NCBI RefSeq assembly: GCF_001194135.2
Contig: NC_068982.1
Location: forward strand, 17,857,237 to 17,902,698
Length of the DNA stretch: 45,462 nt
From: Octopus bimaculoides
Lineage: Eukaryota
Direction: 5' to 3'
The position numbers were made by a program, and so were the translations under genes. A model generated the notes under the pieces. The model searched no databases, was not told the origin of the DNA, and saw nothing but the letters and a program-made list of their open reading frames with translations. Below, piece by piece: positions 44,901 through 45,462 of the stretch (the first letter of the stretch is position 1; every line of letters begins with the position of its first letter).

Positions 44901-45462
44901 TAATGTTGGTACTGTGGAATTGATGAGTGATTCGTTGGTTTACAGATCTGAGTTCTGTATTGGATTATTTAGTTCCTACGGCCAGGAAAGCTTTATCTCT
45001 ATATTTAATACTACATCAACAAGATATGATCACCAGCAGGTAGGATTCTTATCATTCGGTAAAAGAACAGAAGTGTGTCAAGTGCTTGCGTTTTGTTTTG
45101 AATAATATACATTATTATTACAAAATTAAACTCACAATCTTGAAATGGTTGCGAAAAACGTAATGCAGCTGCAGGCAACAAAACTAATTCAATGATTCTT
45201 TGATGAGAGAATTCTTTAATTATTTGATTAATAAAAATAAGCCCTTTGTGGAACGACTAAAACAATACGTTTCTTCAAGACTATTATGATAGGAGAACTA
45301 AAATACAAACACAATTGTTTTGATTATATTACAGGGAACTTGTAATTCTTAGAAAAGCTACCGAACTAATTGCAGCATTAAGATGTTGATGAAGGTAAAT
45401 TGTTTCATGTGAAAGAGAGAAGGGGATAAAAATAGAGAGAGACAGCTATCTGAGTATATATA

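Overview
This is AT-rich eukaryotic genomic DNA saturated with microsatellites and interrupted by nine N-gaps. I infer an octopus (coleoid cephalopod) genome from the tRNA-headed SINE families and microsatellite load. No host protein-coding gene, rRNA, genuine tRNA or CRISPR array can be supported; nearly all listed ORFs are translations of microsatellites or gaps. The window is a graveyard of mobile elements. It holds about 20 tRNA-derived SINE copies from four or five modular families, and a cluster of R4/Dong-type restriction-like-endonuclease retrotransposon pieces sitting in (TAA)n tracts. It also holds two degenerate LINE ORF1/gag-like regions with CCHC knuckles, an RTE-type LINE 3' end with C2H2-like fingers, a mariner transposase pseudogene, Tc1-type and hAT MITEs, and Helitron/Helentron-like fragments. 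The most interesting observations are: (i) three degenerate minimal type-I hammerhead-ribozyme motifs flanking the R4 cluster, two as an inverted pair; (ii) an apparently ORF1-only (HAL1-like) retroelement whose 3' terminus is shared with a SINE subfamily; (iii) an R4-like element reduced to a direct 5'-3' fusion; and (iv) a perfect 60-bp microhomology-joined inverted duplication. Family labels A-G are my own working names. All alignments and translations were done by eye, and boundaries are approximate unless a TSD or TIR fixes them.
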